A stretch of 64,000 bases of DNA from Piromyces finnis finn (taxonomy: Eukaryota; Fungi; Neocallimastigomycota), in contig MCFH01000003.1 in the NCBI GenBank assembly GCA_002104945.1, positions 434,001 through 498,000 of the forward strand. The letters run 5' to 3'. Shown in pieces: positions 36,104 to 51,500 of the stretch; within the stretch, counting starts at the first letter, position 1, and the number at the start of each line of letters is the position of its first letter. The notes under the pieces were generated by a model, which was not told where the DNA came from, did not search any database, and saw only the letters and a program-made list of their open reading frames with translations. The translations under genes were made by a program, and so were the position numbers.

Positions 36104-39045
36104 ATGTTAATTATTATTAAGTCTATTATCAACATTATCAGATTGCTTTACTTTATTATTTATTTATCAATTTTAAACATATATAATTTGTATAATTGTT
36201 TATGTATAATAATTAAAAAACTCTTAGAACCAAAAATTAATATACAAGAAGCAATTAACAATGCTATAAAGAAAGAAAGATTTTTCAGGGGAAAAAGAAA
36301 TGTAAATAATGATTCTTTTGGAAGCGTTAAAATAAATGATTATGAGGACGAATCATTCAATTCAAAATTTAATGGTTTTAAAAATTATAAATATCCAATT
36401 GGACCAGAAGAATATTCTGAAACAGATAATGTCCCAACAGAAGAAAAGTTAAAAGTTTATAGAGAAAGAGTCTATGAAATGTTTCACACCACTTATGATA
36501 GTTATGTTAAAAATGCTTATCCAGAGGACGAATTGAAACCAATTTCATGTACTGGTATGAATACATGGGGTAATTTTTCATTAACTTTAATTGATGCCTT
36601 AGATACTTTTGGTGTTATGAATGATGTTGAAGGATTTGAAAAGGCCTTAGAAAAAGTTAAAAAAATAGATTTTGATATTGATATAAATATATCTGTATTT
36701 GAAACTACTATTAGAGTTTTAGGTGGTTTACTCTCTTCCCATCTTATGGCTAAAAACTTTGGTGATAAAATTACATATCATGATGAATTATTGACTCTGG
36801 CCAATGATTTAGGTCAAAGATTATTACCTGCCTTTGATACACCTACAGGTATGCCTTTTGGTAGTATAAATTTAAAAAAAGGTGTACATCCAGAAGAAAC
36901 AACAGTAACATGTACCGCAACTATTGGTACGTGTAGTATAGAATTTACTTGGTTAAGTATTTTAACTGATAATCCTATCTATGAATTTGTTTGTCGTCGT
37001 GCTATTCATTCTTTATGGAGTCATCGTACAAATAAAGGTTTAATTGGTGCTCATATTGATGTTTTTCAAGGAACATGGACAGAAGCAGTACGCTTAAACT
37101 TTCTTCTTTATTAAATTTATATATTTATATATTATAAAACAAGATATTAAAAAAGAAAGTTATATAATTTATATTTATATTAATTTAAATAATGTTGTTT
37201 ATTTTATTAGTTTTATAAATATCCATATACACATATATATTAATTATTAATTATATTAATTATATTATAAAAATCTATTTCTACTTTTAAAAAATTATTT
37301 CTATAGGCTTTCTCAATATCCGGAGGTGTAGATAGTTTTTATGAATATTTATTAAAGGCATGGATAGGATTTTCTGATGAAAAAGAATACGGTGAAATGT
37401 TTTTAGAAGTAATTATTAAAGAAATAAAAAAATAAAATTATATATATATATTAGGGAGAGAGAAAAAAAAAGATAGTAAGGATAAAATATTTAAATTATT
37501 TTTTTTTATCTTCTTTAACATTTTTTAGATGTATGAATTAATTCATGAATATTTAAGAAGAGATGATGGATGGTATGTATTGTATTTTTTTTTTTTTTTT
37601 TTTACTGTTATTAAAATAAACATCAATTCTTTATAAAATATTTTATCAAAGTATAATGTATAGATAGATATAGTCATAATGTATTATATTTTTTGATGTT
37701 GATTTTATTATATAATAACATACTATTATATATAAATAGGCATATTTATGCAAATCCATATAATGGAAAACCTATGATAGATATTTTCCAATCATTAGGG
37801 GCTTATTGGCCAGGAGTAAAAATTTTAGCTGGTGAATTAATTGAAGTAAGAAAATATAAATAAAATAAAAATCTCATATAATTTTATTGATAAATAATGA
37901 GAAATAATAAAATAAAAAAAATTTTGCATTATTTTAATTTTTTTAAAATGTTATTATTATAATTTTTAATAACTCTATAGTCAAATGAAGAATTACATTT
38001 ATTAGCGGATTATTTAAAGAATAGATCATTCTTACCAGAACGTATGAGAGTTGATAATTTAAAATTAAAAGGATATGATTTTGTGTAAGTCTCTGACTTA
38101 AAACTAAATGCTCTAATTTTATTGACCATAAAAAAATTAATGATTTTCTTTATCTTAAACTTTTATTTCCTTAATTCTATTGATATTTCTTAAATTTTAG
38201 TAATTATCCTTTAAGACCGGAATTTGTTGAATCATTATCCGTGATGTATAAAGCAACAAGGGATCCAAAATTATTAAAAGTTGCCTTTAAACAAGTCGAT
38301 AGAATAAGAAAATGGTGTAAAACAACTTGTGGATATGCTAATGTCAAAAATGTTTTTACTGTTGAAATTGAAGATAAGGTAATAATAATTTCATTATATA
38401 ATTACCATATTAATAATTATTAAGTTTATATGAATAAATGAAAATTATGCTATATAAAAAAAGTTTAAATTTAAAAGTATAATTACTTGTTTAACCAATT
38501 ATTTAATTGATGGACTACTTAATTAACTAATTTATTATAATTATTATTATTATTAATCATTTACAAAGATGGAGTCTTTCTTTTTATCAGAAACTCTTAA
38601 ATATTTATACTTACTCTTTGATCCTGATAATGAATATAATAAAAATTATATTTTCTCAACAGAAGCCCATCCATTCCCAGTCGTAAAATCAAATAAATCA
38701 CAAGCTCATTTATACTACAGAAAAAAGACCAAGGAGATTAGAAGAGAACTTCGTAAAGCCAATAAAAATTACGATGCCAATCGTTATTTCATGATTACAA
38801 ATAAAAATAAAACATGTGAAATAGATCACTGGGAATGTTCCCCATTCTTTAGATATTACGCATCACCAAAACATAATTATAATGAAAGATATGATTATTA
38901 TAAAAATTATCTTTCTCCCAATTTTAAAAATCAACCTAATGGACGTGACCTTTTTGTTGATTTTAGAAAAGGTATTTGTTCCTACCAACATTGGGTTGAA
39001 GCTTCTATCATGGGATTAGAAACTGATCCCAGAATTTTTATTTAA
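36104..39045 (+). CDS. Glycoside hydrolase family 47 alpha-1,2-mannosidase (ER mannosidase/EDEM-like), 7 exons
   Basis: Exons at about 36104-37087, 37307-37408, 37529-37572, 37740-37845, 37981-38084, 38201-38378 and 38569-39045, with GT-AG boundaries in frame. Motifs [63 protein letters not shown]. The start codon is uncertain. Confidence 0.92.
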
Positions 39046-39071
39046 AATATCCAATAGTAAATTAAATAATT

Positions 39072-39119
<48 letters not shown>

Positions 39120-40577
39120 AAGAAAATAGCACTTTATATATAATCAATGTATTTTAATAATTTAATAAATAGGAATTAAATCTATTATAATACTTTAATA
39201 AAATAAAAATATCAATTAATATATATATCTATTATATATATTTGATATGAAATATAATAAACATTTTACGCATTGACCCTACGCAGCTATATTAATAGCT
39301 TTTTTTTTTTTTTTTTAGAAATGTATTTTTCAATAATTAGTTTTAATATAATTTTTGTTTTTTATTTTTTATTTTATTTAAAGTATAAAAGAATTAAACA
39401 AAATTATGATTGTTTTGTCTTTTTTTTTTTTTTACTTTAAAAATATATATTATTCTTATTTTTATATATATATATATTTTTTTTTACTTTATCGGTTAGA
39501 TTAAATTTTGTTTTTTTTTTTTTTTTTTATATTTTAGTTTTTATTTTTTTTATTTAGTAAGTTTTTATTTTACTTTTTAATGATTTATAGGTTTTATATA
39601 AATATTATTATTTTTTTTTTTTTACTAATTTAATGAATTTTTATTATCAATATCGTTATCTTTATTAAAAGCGTCACCATCTCATTATGTATATATATAT
39701 ATATTTCTTCTCCTTTTTATATAGTATTGTAATATACTCTAAAATAATAATAATAAATAAATCGTATTTTAAAAGTTTTTATTACTTAATTTATAAAAGG
39801 AAAAAGGAAAAAGGAAAAAAAAAATAAAGTGAAACATATATATATATTTAACTCGAATCTAATAATGTTTGTTTGTTTGTTTTTCTTTTGTTAGTCTTGT
39901 TTAGAGAATGAATCTTTTGAAATAATAAATAATAATAAAAAACAAAAATTCAAAAATTATTTATTTATATAATAACCAGATTCTGTTTTTTTTTTTTTTT
40001 TTTTTTTTGGCTATTTAAATTTAAATTTATTAGATTATTAAAATATATGTATATAGAAAGAAAGGAAGGAAAAATAATCATCATCATCATCATAAAATAA
40101 AAAAAAAATATACAATAAATTACAAAATAGGGAAGAAGATAAAAGGAAAAGGAAAAAAAAAAATTAATAACAATTAATATTATAAAAATTCTTAAAGTAC
40201 TGAAAAAAAAAATGTTAATAAATTAAAATTTTAGGAGAAGAAATTAATAGGAAGAAAAAAGAGGGAAATATATATATTCATATATTTTGTCACTTGTTTG
40301 TTTTGCTTTTTTCTTATCTATTATTATATATATATATAGATAGATTTTATTATTATATTATTTGTTTATTTATTAATTGATATGTCTGAGGGTGTTTTTT
40401 TTGTTTTTTTTTTTTTTGTTTGTTTGTTTGTTTGTTTTGTTTTTTGTTTTTTTTTTTTTTTTTGCATGTTTGTTTACTTGCTTTTTTAAAATGTATATAT
40501 AATAAATACATAACCAAGAAATGTTGATTATGTATTATTTTAATATATAATTATAGCATATTAATAAGTATCGGAAA

Positions 40578-42807
40578 TTAAAAATCCTATAATTAAAAAA
40601 AAAAAAAAAAAAAAAGATATAAAAATGTTAATATTATTATGATTGTTATAATTTATAATTTATAAATTATCAAATTTTAATCATGCTAAACAATCTTTCT
40701 CTTCCTATTCTTTATCATTTATAAAAAAAAAAAAAAAAAGGAGGGGAAAGGAATGTATAAATTTACAAAAAAAAAAAAAAAAAAAAATTAAAAATTACTT
40801 TAAAAACATCAGCATAAATATCTTCTTCCTTTTGTATATCATAAGGCTCATAATCCTCTGGATATTGATCGAAATAACTTGTGTCACCATTATATCTACA
40901 GCGGGGTATATAGGGTGGTATAATTAATTTATTCTCAACATGTTCCCAATTAACACCAGCAAACCATTTATGATTTTTAATATCGTCAACACCACCTTTT
41001 AAATTACCATAACGTTTAGAAAGGTCTGGTTGTAAAAGTTTACGAATTAAATCACAAGCTGTATGACTAATATGAGCTGGGAAACTATATTTACCTTCTA
41101 AAATTTGTTGATATAATTCGACATGATCTTCTTTATAGAAAGGAGGATAACCAGCAAGCATTTCATAAATAAGTACACCTAAAGCATACCAATCAACAGC
41201 TTGTGAATAAGGTTTAGATTGAATAATTTCAGGAGCTAAATAATCCGGTGTACCACATAAAGTATAAGTAACATCCGTAACATGTTTAGCAAATCCAAAA
41301 TCAATTAAACGAATATGACCAGTTTCATCTAATAATATATTTTCTGGCTTAAGATCACGATATATAATATTTTTAGAATGTAAATATTCAAAAACTACAA
41401 TGACTTCTGCTGCATAAAATTTAGCAATATCATTAGTAAAGTACTATTCATCATTTTTACAATTTTTAGTGCCATGTTTTTAAAATTTGGAAATAAATTT
41501 TCATATAATGATTTTTAAATATTATTTGAAAATAATTTTAAAAAAAAAAAAAAGGTATATTGCATTAATTAAAAATACTGCTGTCGTTGTTATTATTATT
41601 ATTATTATTAAATAAAAAAAAATACCTTTTGAGCTCTCAAGAAGGAAAATAACTCACCACCACAAGAGAAATCAGTTACAATATAAATATTAGAATTATC
41701 TTGAAATCCACAAAACATATTAATAATAAATGGATGATTAATTTCTTCAAGGATATGTTTTTCATTGAGAATATGTTCTACTTGTTTATACTGAATAATA
41801 TCTTCTTTTTTCATAACTTTTAATGCATAATATTCGCCATTTGCTTTTAAACGAGCTAAATGAACACGACCAAAGGATCCCATACCAATAGTTTGTAAAA
41901 TAATGAAATCATCTAATTCATATTGGAACTTTGGGAATTCTTCAACAATTGATGAATATGGGGAAGGTGGTTGAAGTGATGGTTGAGAAAGAGATTGCGG
42001 GAAAGAAAGACTTTCATCTAAAGAGGTTTGATTTAACTTTTCAGTAAGATTATCCATATCATTACTTTCTGTTTCATATTCTGATACTTTATCATTTACA
42101 TATTCTGAAACTTCTGCTTCAGTACTTTTTATAGTTGAAACATCAGAAACTTTCTTTTCATTTTTTCTCAAAATACTATTACGAAATTCTGCTCTACTCT
42201 GGCATCTTTGATGATCTTCATCTTTATCCTTTAAGTTTGCATCAATACTAACTCTCTTTCCGTCAATAAGAGTTTCATTGACAGCTGAAAATGAAATTTT
42301 CTTTTTAGTTTTTTCCTTTTTATTGGTTACTTTTCCATTCTTTTTATTCCATATTTTATTTGATGTTTTATTGATTTTAACATTTTCTTTATTTTCTTCC
42401 TCCTCTTCAATAATAAATGAGTTTGGATTTGGAATAAATTTCTATATTTATCATATATTAAAAATAAATCATATAAGACATTTATACCTTATATATATAA
42501 CAATAATATTTTTCTTTTTTTAATAAAGTGTATTTAAATATACCTTTGAAATACTAGTAGTTAAATTTTGTTTTGAAAAAGAAAATGGATTCTTTTTAAA
42601 AATTAATTTACTCTTGTACTTATCCGAAGATTTATTCTATATTAATTTGAAATAAACATTATGTATATTTATATATTCTATATTAATATGAAAAACCAAT
42701 TAATTTAAAACAAAATATAAAAATATATGATTAATTACATTTGAGATTTCACCACCGGAAGAAGAAGAAAATTTTGATTTTCCTTTTAATTTACTAATAA
42801 AATCCAT
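40578..42807 (-). CDS. cAMP-dependent protein kinase catalytic subunit (PKA/PRKX-like AGC kinase), 5 exons
   Basis: Exons 42807-42739, 42636-42544, 42441-41626, 41443-40799 and 40586-40578. Motifs GMGSFGRV, YALK, YRDLKPEN, DFGFAK, TYTLCGTPDYLAPE, VDWYALGV, C-terminal FKDF*. Confidence 0.92.
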
Positions 42808-43513
42808 TATTATAACAGTTTTCTTTCCGAATTATGTTTGTTAAATTAATCAAAATTAAAAAGTATGTAATATATAATTAACTTTTATAAAAAAAATATT
42901 AATAATCTTTTTTACTATTAAAAATAAATGAAATTACAAATATGCATAATAGATATAATATAATGTATATACCTTTTTTTAAAGTAGTTAATTTTTATGT
43001 ATTAAAGATTAAATAAAAATAATATATTTCAATATCAAATATTATGAGTATAAATTATCCCTTGCGGTAAAAATTATCTAAATACAATTTATTTAATCAC
43101 TTTTAATGTTTTAATTAAATATTATATTTAAATTTATCCTTTGATTATGACTATTATAATGAAATAAATGAATACAAGTATATATATATTGATTAAATGA
43201 ATATTATTCGAGGGAGTTTTCGTGTGTGTTTACAGTTATTTAATTAAAATATACAATTTTTTTTTCTTTTTTCTTTTTTGTATTTCTATTATATTTTCTT
43301 ACTCTTTTTTTTTTTTTATCGATACTTGTTTACAGTAATGTTTATATTGTAAAATACAACACTTTAACAAAATAATAAAATATATTTTATTATAATATTT
43401 ATAAAAGTGAAATGTACAAGTAAAAAGAAAAGAAAAAAATTCAATGAAAATTATAAAGTATACAAAAAAATATTAGATTAAAAATACTATCCTCTAAAAT
43501 TTAAAGGATTGTT

Positions 43514-43555
<42 letters not shown>

Positions 43556-46017
43556 AAAGAAAAAAGGGAAAAAAGAAAATATATATATTGTATACTAGTA
43601 TACTATATTCTAATTAAATCAATTTAGTTTATTGAATTTGTAATGAATATTATTTCATTAGTCATTCAACTTTTTCAATTATTTTTTTTTTCACCTATAT
43701 TTTTAATAAAATAAAATAATAAAAGAATAAACAACTACTTGAATAGTTATTATTCTTTTCTATTTTCTTTTATCAAAATAAATATATTGGTATTTTAAAA
43801 AAAAAAAAAAAGAAAAAAAGGGAAATTAGATATAATATATATAGAAATATATATATAAAAAGGTCTCTTTAACTTTCACTTTTTCTTTTTCTTTTTCTTT
43901 TTTTTTTCTTTAGTTTTAGTTTAGCGAGAAAAAGAAGAATAAAAAAAAAAAAGAAAGAAAGAAAAGTTGAACAAAAAAACTAATTTAGTTATAATATATT
44001 ATATTTGTATTGTAAAATATATTATGAATAATATTTCTAATATATATTTTTTATTTTGTTACTTATTCTTATTATATTATTACATTTAAATATGTCATTT
44101 ATTTCATTTATTAAAAATTTTAATTATTAATTTTTTAAATTTTAATATAAAGCACAAGAATATATAAATTTGGAAAATCATATTAATAAAATAAAAAAAA
44201 TTTCTATATAGATAATCTAACCTTTTTCGTTTTTAATTATTAATGAAAAAAGAAAAAAAGTCTTTCTAATAACAAGCAATATAATAGAAAAGTTTTATTT
44301 ATAAATTACACTTTTAAAGGAACATGATGGTATTCTTTACAAACATAACAATAAAACAAAACAACTAGTATTACGATTTCAAATAGTAAACTTTTCTTTT
44401 TTTAATTAATTTTAACTATAATAAATACATAATGTGGGTTAGATTGATACATAAATATTATCTATATTAATAATTATGTTTTTCTTTATACTAAAAGTTG
44501 TTAAGAAACAGTATATATATATCTAAAAATTAAATAGTTTTGGTTGTGTTACTTATATATGTTCTTTGAACTTTTACATCAAGATTTTATTCAATTGAAT
44601 TGAATAATTAATATTGTTCTTGGAGCATTTAAAAAAAAAAAAAAAAGGTACATTTCATAAATTAACTTTATAATATAGTTTATATAAATAAATAGTCTTC
44701 GTTATAAAAAGTTACATTACTTAAAAGATCATAATATACTTTACGCAACAAAATTTTTCTTTGAACAAAAATTAAGAAACAACTATAAACAAATATATCA
44801 ATAAAAAATATTTCTTTTGTCTCTTTTAGATTTTAAAAGTGAAAAATAGGTTTTTTTTTAAAAAATATGTCTTTGTACAACATTTTACCAAGATTTTTAT
44901 TTTATTTTTACTATAACTTTTTATTATATAAAAGATGCAAACTTGCATTGCTGTATTTTTTTTTTTTTCTTTAAATAACATTTTTATGAAAAAAAAGTTT
45001 ATTTTATATAGGTCATTTTAAAAAAAAAAAAGAACAATAAAGTCATTATTTAAACAACTTTTTTTTTTTAAATTTTAAATTAAAAATATTTCACTTTTTA
45101 TCTATTATATTCAAAAATAATATTAATTATTGTATTTTCCAAAAGTGCTTAAATATGAAAATAAGAGAAAAGAATTGCTATTTAAAAATAATGTAATCCT
45201 AGATATAATCCTAAATAATAAAATAATATTTTTGGTTTAAATACCACTTTTTATTATATTCTTTTTTATTAAATTTAATTATACCATAGATAATAACTTT
45301 ATATCATGAAAAGGGTTAAGGTTACAACAATTTTATTTATATAATTCAATTAATTATGAAATATAAATTTTTTTAATTAAATTTAAATTATAAACTATCC
45401 AATCAGATAAATTATAAATCATTCATTAAATTTTAAGAAAAATTTTAAATGAAAAAAAATATAAAAATAACGAATAATTCATTAGATTTAAGGATCATCA
45501 ATCCCTAACATTTCTGCAGATCGAGTAAATCTTTCGCCTTTTACTAAAGATTTCCGTGTAGAATTGTTATAATGTTGGGAATATATTAATTTTTGGAACT
45601 TTTCTTCTAAGAAAGAAGAAAAATTATAATGAAATTTAATTTGAAAATGCAAACAATAAAATAATTGATATATTAAATATTGATGATTTTAATATTTTTT
45701 ATATTTATTTGTAATAACATTAAAATGAATGAATTTTTGAATTTGATATTTTAAACTTTGGAAATGAAAAGTAATGATAACATTTAAATTTAAGTATGAA
45801 GAATATAAAAATTAAATATATAATCAAAATTTATGAGTTTATAGAATAATAAAAAAAAAACAATATATATAATAATTCTCGATTAACTAATTATTATAAT
45901 TATTTTTCTTTATTTAATAATATTGATAACAACAACATTATTACTATTAATTTATGTTTGTTTTTAATATTAAATTGGGATTTATTGAGGGTATAAAACA
46001 TATATATATTTAAAAGA

Positions 46018-47755
46018 TTAAGGTTTTTTTATCCAAGATTGCATTGGTATTACAGGTCTAAGCATATTTTGTTGATCATTTCTTGATGTAGAAGCCATAA
46101 TCACTTGAGGAGGATGTGCATTAATAATAGGAGGTCTAGTGACTTGAGGCAAAACAGGTCTAATAATTTGTTGTTCAGGAAGTGTTAAAAAGGTGTCATT
46201 ATTGTTATTATTAGTTGTACTATGACTTGAGTTTGATTGTTGCTGTTGATTTTGAGCGATAGTTGCTAATTGTGTTGCATTTGTAGGTGTAACATTACTA
46301 TTTAAATTAGTATTTGTAGAATTATTTTCATCCACATCATTTTCGATTAAGGAATAAGGTGGTAATTCATCAGCATTGGAATCTGTAGTATTATCACTAA
46401 CTATTCTAGGTGCACTATGGAATGAATTTCTTTGCGAATTGGAAGGTTCATTTGCTACAGATAGAGAAGGGGATGGTGCTCCAGTAGAAACTGGAGTAGT
46501 TACCAATAAATTAGATGTTGGTAAAACACTATTTGTTGGTGTTGGATAAGAATTTAATATGACAAGTTGAGGTGGTGGTGGCTGATAGACAACATAATTG
46601 CTAGGTATGGCATTAGAAATTATGTTATTACTCATAACATTATTATTAGGTACGGGTGTAGAAATCATATTATTATTCTTAGCAGTAGTATTATTGTTAG
46701 TCATTTTATTATTCATCATGTTAATATTATCAATTAGAGCTTTTCTATCCAACTCTTCTTTTAATTGTTTACGTTTATTTCTTCTTTCTGCTCTTTTATC
46801 TTCCTCCTTTACAATTTTTTTTATTGCTATTGTAATAAAAATGACTAAAACAATGAATAAAATAACAAAGACTATTATACCTATGATATAAAATTTGAGA
46901 ATTTCTTTTGGAAAATCTTCAAATGATCTTTTGTATTTATTATTAACATATTCTTTAAATTGTCCATTTTTTAGTGTAACATCATTTTTTGAATTGTTAG
47001 ATTCATTACTTTCATTATTTTCATTCCTATTTTTTTTTAAAAATTTATAATTAATTTATTTTAATATGCATTTTTTAATAAATTATATTGAATTAGTTTA
47101 AGAATAGTTATAGCTATAATAATAATGGTAATAACAATAGTAATAATATCAGTATATATTAGTAATGTCAATTTAGTAAAAAAAAACTTACCTATTTGTA
47201 TTGTTTGCATATTCAGGAATATTATATATTTCATTATTTTTTATTTCTAGGTTGCTTAATTCTCTATAAAATTAAATAATTTATATATTTGTTAATCACT
47301 CTTGTAAATATACAATCGATTTTTTATTTTTATTTTTCTTTTTTAAAAAAATTACTTTATTTCATTGTACTTTAGGTATTTCAACTTTTTAATTTCGTTT
47401 ATTGCTTTAGGAAAATTACTTTTATTAAAGTTATTATTGTTAAAATGTCTATATATATAGAAATAGTATATATTGAATAAGCATTTATATTTAAACATAA
47501 TAAAAAGTTATTATATATGTATATATATAAAACATACATTAAAGTTATATGGTTTTCATTATTGATTATTTCACAAGTAACATCTGAAAAGAAACAACAA
47601 TTTGTTATTTTTTTGTTTGTGTCAAAGCTTTGAAGATCACTGCCTAATATATGAAAAACATTTTCTAATATTTTACAATCATTTGACTTTACTATTATTT
47701 GATTGAGATATAATAGTATTAAAAATTTTAAACTTTTTTTAAATATAAACTTCAT
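46018..47755 (-). CDS. Predicted single-pass membrane protein, about 432 aa: signal peptide, Cys-containing cap with one LRR-like segment, TM helix, N/P/Q-rich cytoplasmic tail with a PPxY-type motif
   Basis: Exons 47755-47538, 47263-47192 and 47026-46018 join in frame (1299 nt) with GT-AG boundaries. TM segment FYIIGIIVFVILFIVLVIFITIAI followed by KK; ELPPYS in the tail. Confidence 0.75.
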
Positions 47756-48458
47756 AGCAATATATAAATATATTTTTTTTTATTATTCTATAACAATGAT
47801 GAAATTTAAATAATCATAGGTAATTTTAAAAAAATATTTTTTTATATTATTACTATTTTTTTTTTTTGGACTTTTCTCATTTAGGTAATAAAACCAAATA
47901 CCAAATTTATTATAAAATAAAGTTGAAAGTTGAAATGTTTATGAATCGAAAATTTATTTTTTAATTTAAATGCAATATATTTATATTGAAAAATGTTACA
48001 CTTATATATATATTTTTAATTAAAATTATTTGTAATATTCCCCTAAAAATCAAACCAAAAAACCAAAAAACAAAAACAAAAAAAAAAAAAGGGAAAGTCA
48101 AAACAACTACTACAACAACCACACCAAAAAAAAAATAGTTTATAATCGTTAAAAGAATTCATATTTTCATTAATAAAAGGTTAAAGGAATAAAAAAAATA
48201 ATTTTATAAAATAAAAAATATTTTTTTTTTTTCATTTTTTCAATAATATTTCCATATTTATAAACTTTATTTAAAGTGATCGTTGTAATTTTTTTTTTTT
48301 TTTTTATTTTGATATTTTTGACATTTATTTAATAAATTATAAATGTTGTACGAATTAGTGTTAAAAAATTTAAACCTTTCTTGCATTAGAATATATATAT
48401 ATATATTTTTTGGCCATAACCTACCTTTTTAAGCTATGTATAAATATAAATATAAAGT

Positions 48459-48467
48459 TATTTTATT

Positions 48468-48470
<3 letters not shown>
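48459..48470. repeat. TSD of the E7/E8 cluster (tattttattgtt)
   Basis: Same 12-mer at 55373-55384, just after the E7 5' end. It is AT-rich and overlaps the poly(T), so the boundaries are soft. Confidence 0.7.
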
Positions 48471-48505
<35 letters not shown>

Positions 48506-51500
48506 GGCATCAAATATTTTAAACTTTATTATTAATTTAATTAAAATTATAATACATGTAATAAAAAATTAAAAAATAAAAATAAAAATAAAAAAAATAT
48601 GTTTAAATAAACACAAATGAATAAAAATTGGGTATAATGTATTCTAGTAATTTTAATTAAAGTAAGAAAGCCACTATCATACTAAAGTATAATAATTGTA
48701 TTTGACTTCCAATGGGACACCGAGCCAAAGATCAAAATTTTGTCATGGAACAAAATTATGATCTCCATTGGTTGCGCTGGCCCTCCTGGCCTGTCTTACT
48801 GTTTCTTCAGCATTGACGCTCTTGGATGTTGCTTCAAACCTTTTGAACATTGACCATTGCTGGCCAATAGCAAAAGGCATGATTTTGGTTAGAAGTTCCG
48901 CGGTTACCGTCAAGAATGGTGTTCCTTCGTTAGTACCAGATTGAATCTGACGCTTACAAAGTTCTTTCCATTCCCTTGAATTGTAATTAATATTGTTAAA
49001 ACTTCTTCCCCCAAGAAGGAATTTAAATATTTTACTGCACACACTAGAATAATCATACACATTAATATTCACCGGATTATTAGAACTATTACTATCATTA
49101 ACTAAATTACTATCTAAATTAGAATTATTATCTTCACTATTGCTATCATTACTAGTATTATTATTTCTATAACTACTATTGTTATTATTACTATTTCTAT
49201 TATTACTATTGTTACTATTACTATTGTTACTATTACTATTGTAATTATTATTACTACTATTGTTACTATTACTATTAATGTTATTGCTATCTCTACTGAT
49301 ATTAACATTTTCATTATTATTGATAGGACTATTGGAATTACGTTGACTGAAAAAATTTAGTAGCTGGACTATGGAAACATAATATTTAATACGGATATCT
49401 CTAAATGTTGGACAATCTAATAACCAATGTTTAATACTTTGATCTCCACACTTGCAACATGGACAGTAGTTAGGACAAACTGGATCAACAAATTTAGCAG
49501 CTTTGGCAACTCTAGCATCTAACTTGTATCCGCTTCTTGCTTTCAATAGCCAGTAGAAGCCATAGGCAAACTCTGGGTATTCATAACATAATTTAATAAA
49601 ATCTTTAGTTTCACTAAATTTATTATCATCATAATATTGCGCTTTGATTGAATTCCCTTTGAGATCTTTCCAATAAAAGTTTTTAATTGCTTTAACATCT
49701 CCATGTTTCTTTAGTTTTTTATCAAGTGTCCTACTTGATTTGCACCACGTGTATTTTCTAAATTTAGGAATGTAATTGACAAGGTGTGAGATAATACAAT
49801 TTGAGTTTTTCCATTTGTTAAAACATCTAACCTGAGCTAACGCACATTTGGCTGACAATGGAGGAATATTCAAATCTTTTGAAATAGAGTATAAAGATAT
49901 AAACGATACAGCTTTATGAACTCCGGCAATCCATCGTATTCCTTTGTTAACATGCTTCTGTGCAATCCTAGACCTAGCTTTGTTGGATCCAAGTAATGGT
50001 GCAAAGTATGAAACTCTGCTAATCACTTGTGAGTTAAGTACTAGCTTTTTGAAAGGAATAGGAATATTAGGATTTCTTAAGAATTTACTGACTGAGAAAA
50101 GCCCTTTCAAAACCTTGTTATTAAGAGCTTTAATTACTGGTTTAAGGGACAAATTCTTATCAAATGGAACACCAAGATAAGTATAACAATCAGTAGTTGG
50201 AATGGGTTGTCCTGCTAAGTAAAATGTTGGATCTCTCTTGTTCTGATTTTCTATTGATTCAGGACGAATCACCATCGTTGAACATTTCTGGATACCAAAT
50301 TCCATTTCATTATACAATGCCCATTCATTAACTCTTCTAAGCATCTTTTTTAAGCATCCTCTTGTTGGAGCACAAATAACTATATCATCTGCAAAAAGTC
50401 CACCACAGCATCGAGTGTCACCTAAACTGACTCCTAGATCTTCGCACTCTTTAAATATATCATTAATAAAGAGATTAAAGAGAATAGGAGAAAGAGGGCA
50501 ACCTTGACGGACTCCTTTCTTCACATCAAAAGATTTCGAGAATTGTCCATCTAATTTGACATTAGCCTTAGATGTTAAATATAAATTTTTGATAAATTGT
50601 AAACTCTTACCTCGGATTCCTAAACAATCTAATTTATGGAGAATATTACCGATTGGGACTGAATCGTATGCTTTCCTGAGATCTAAAAAGGCCAAATATG
50701 TCTCTTTATTATCTAATTGACGTCTACGGCATATTTCTTGGATTGAAATGAAAAGACTGATACTTTCTTCCTTATTTCGAAAACCAAATTGTTCAGGTCT
50801 AATGAAATTATTCTTTAAACCATATTCTGAGATTCTAGTGGTGACAATTTTGGAAATCAACTTAATACCATTATTGATAAGTGATATACCTCGATAGTTA
50901 TCACAATCTGTCAAATCTCCCTTCTTAGGAATAGAAACAATACTGGATTCATTCCATGAGTTGGGGAAGTCTCCATCCCAAATACGGTTGAATAATTTAA
51001 GAATAAAATTTAAACCATGAGCATCATTATCTGAAGTGGTATTACCGGAAGAATTATTACCTGTAGCATTATTAGAATCATTACTTGATGGAATTAATGC
51101 TTTGTAAAATTCAATTGGAATACCATCCGGACCTGATGCTTTATAATTTGGAGTAGAGAGGATAGCTGACTTGACTTCATCAATACTAATATCTTGGTTG
51201 ATATCCCATTCATCAAGCATAGGAAGTGAAAAACGTTTATTCGTTGGTTCTTCATACCAATGCTCCAAATCAAGACTTACACCACTTGGATCTGATGCAA
51301 GGTTTTCGAAATGATCATGCCACACTTCAAGTTGTTCTTCTGTAGCAACAACTAATTCTCCATTTTTATTTTTAGTTGGTTGAGCAATAAAGAAAGAATC
51401 TTTTCCAATTTTTGCAGTTTTCTTGATCCATTTCCAGGCCTTCTTAGGATTATGACTCTTCATATACTCATATCCTGTTTTAATCCAATGAAGATATTCT

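Noticed and set aside
39076-39118. Long poly(A) 30 nt after the GH47 stop, suggesting a processed retrogene
   Set aside because: The gene retains six introns, no TSD was found, and long homopolymers are frequent throughout the window.
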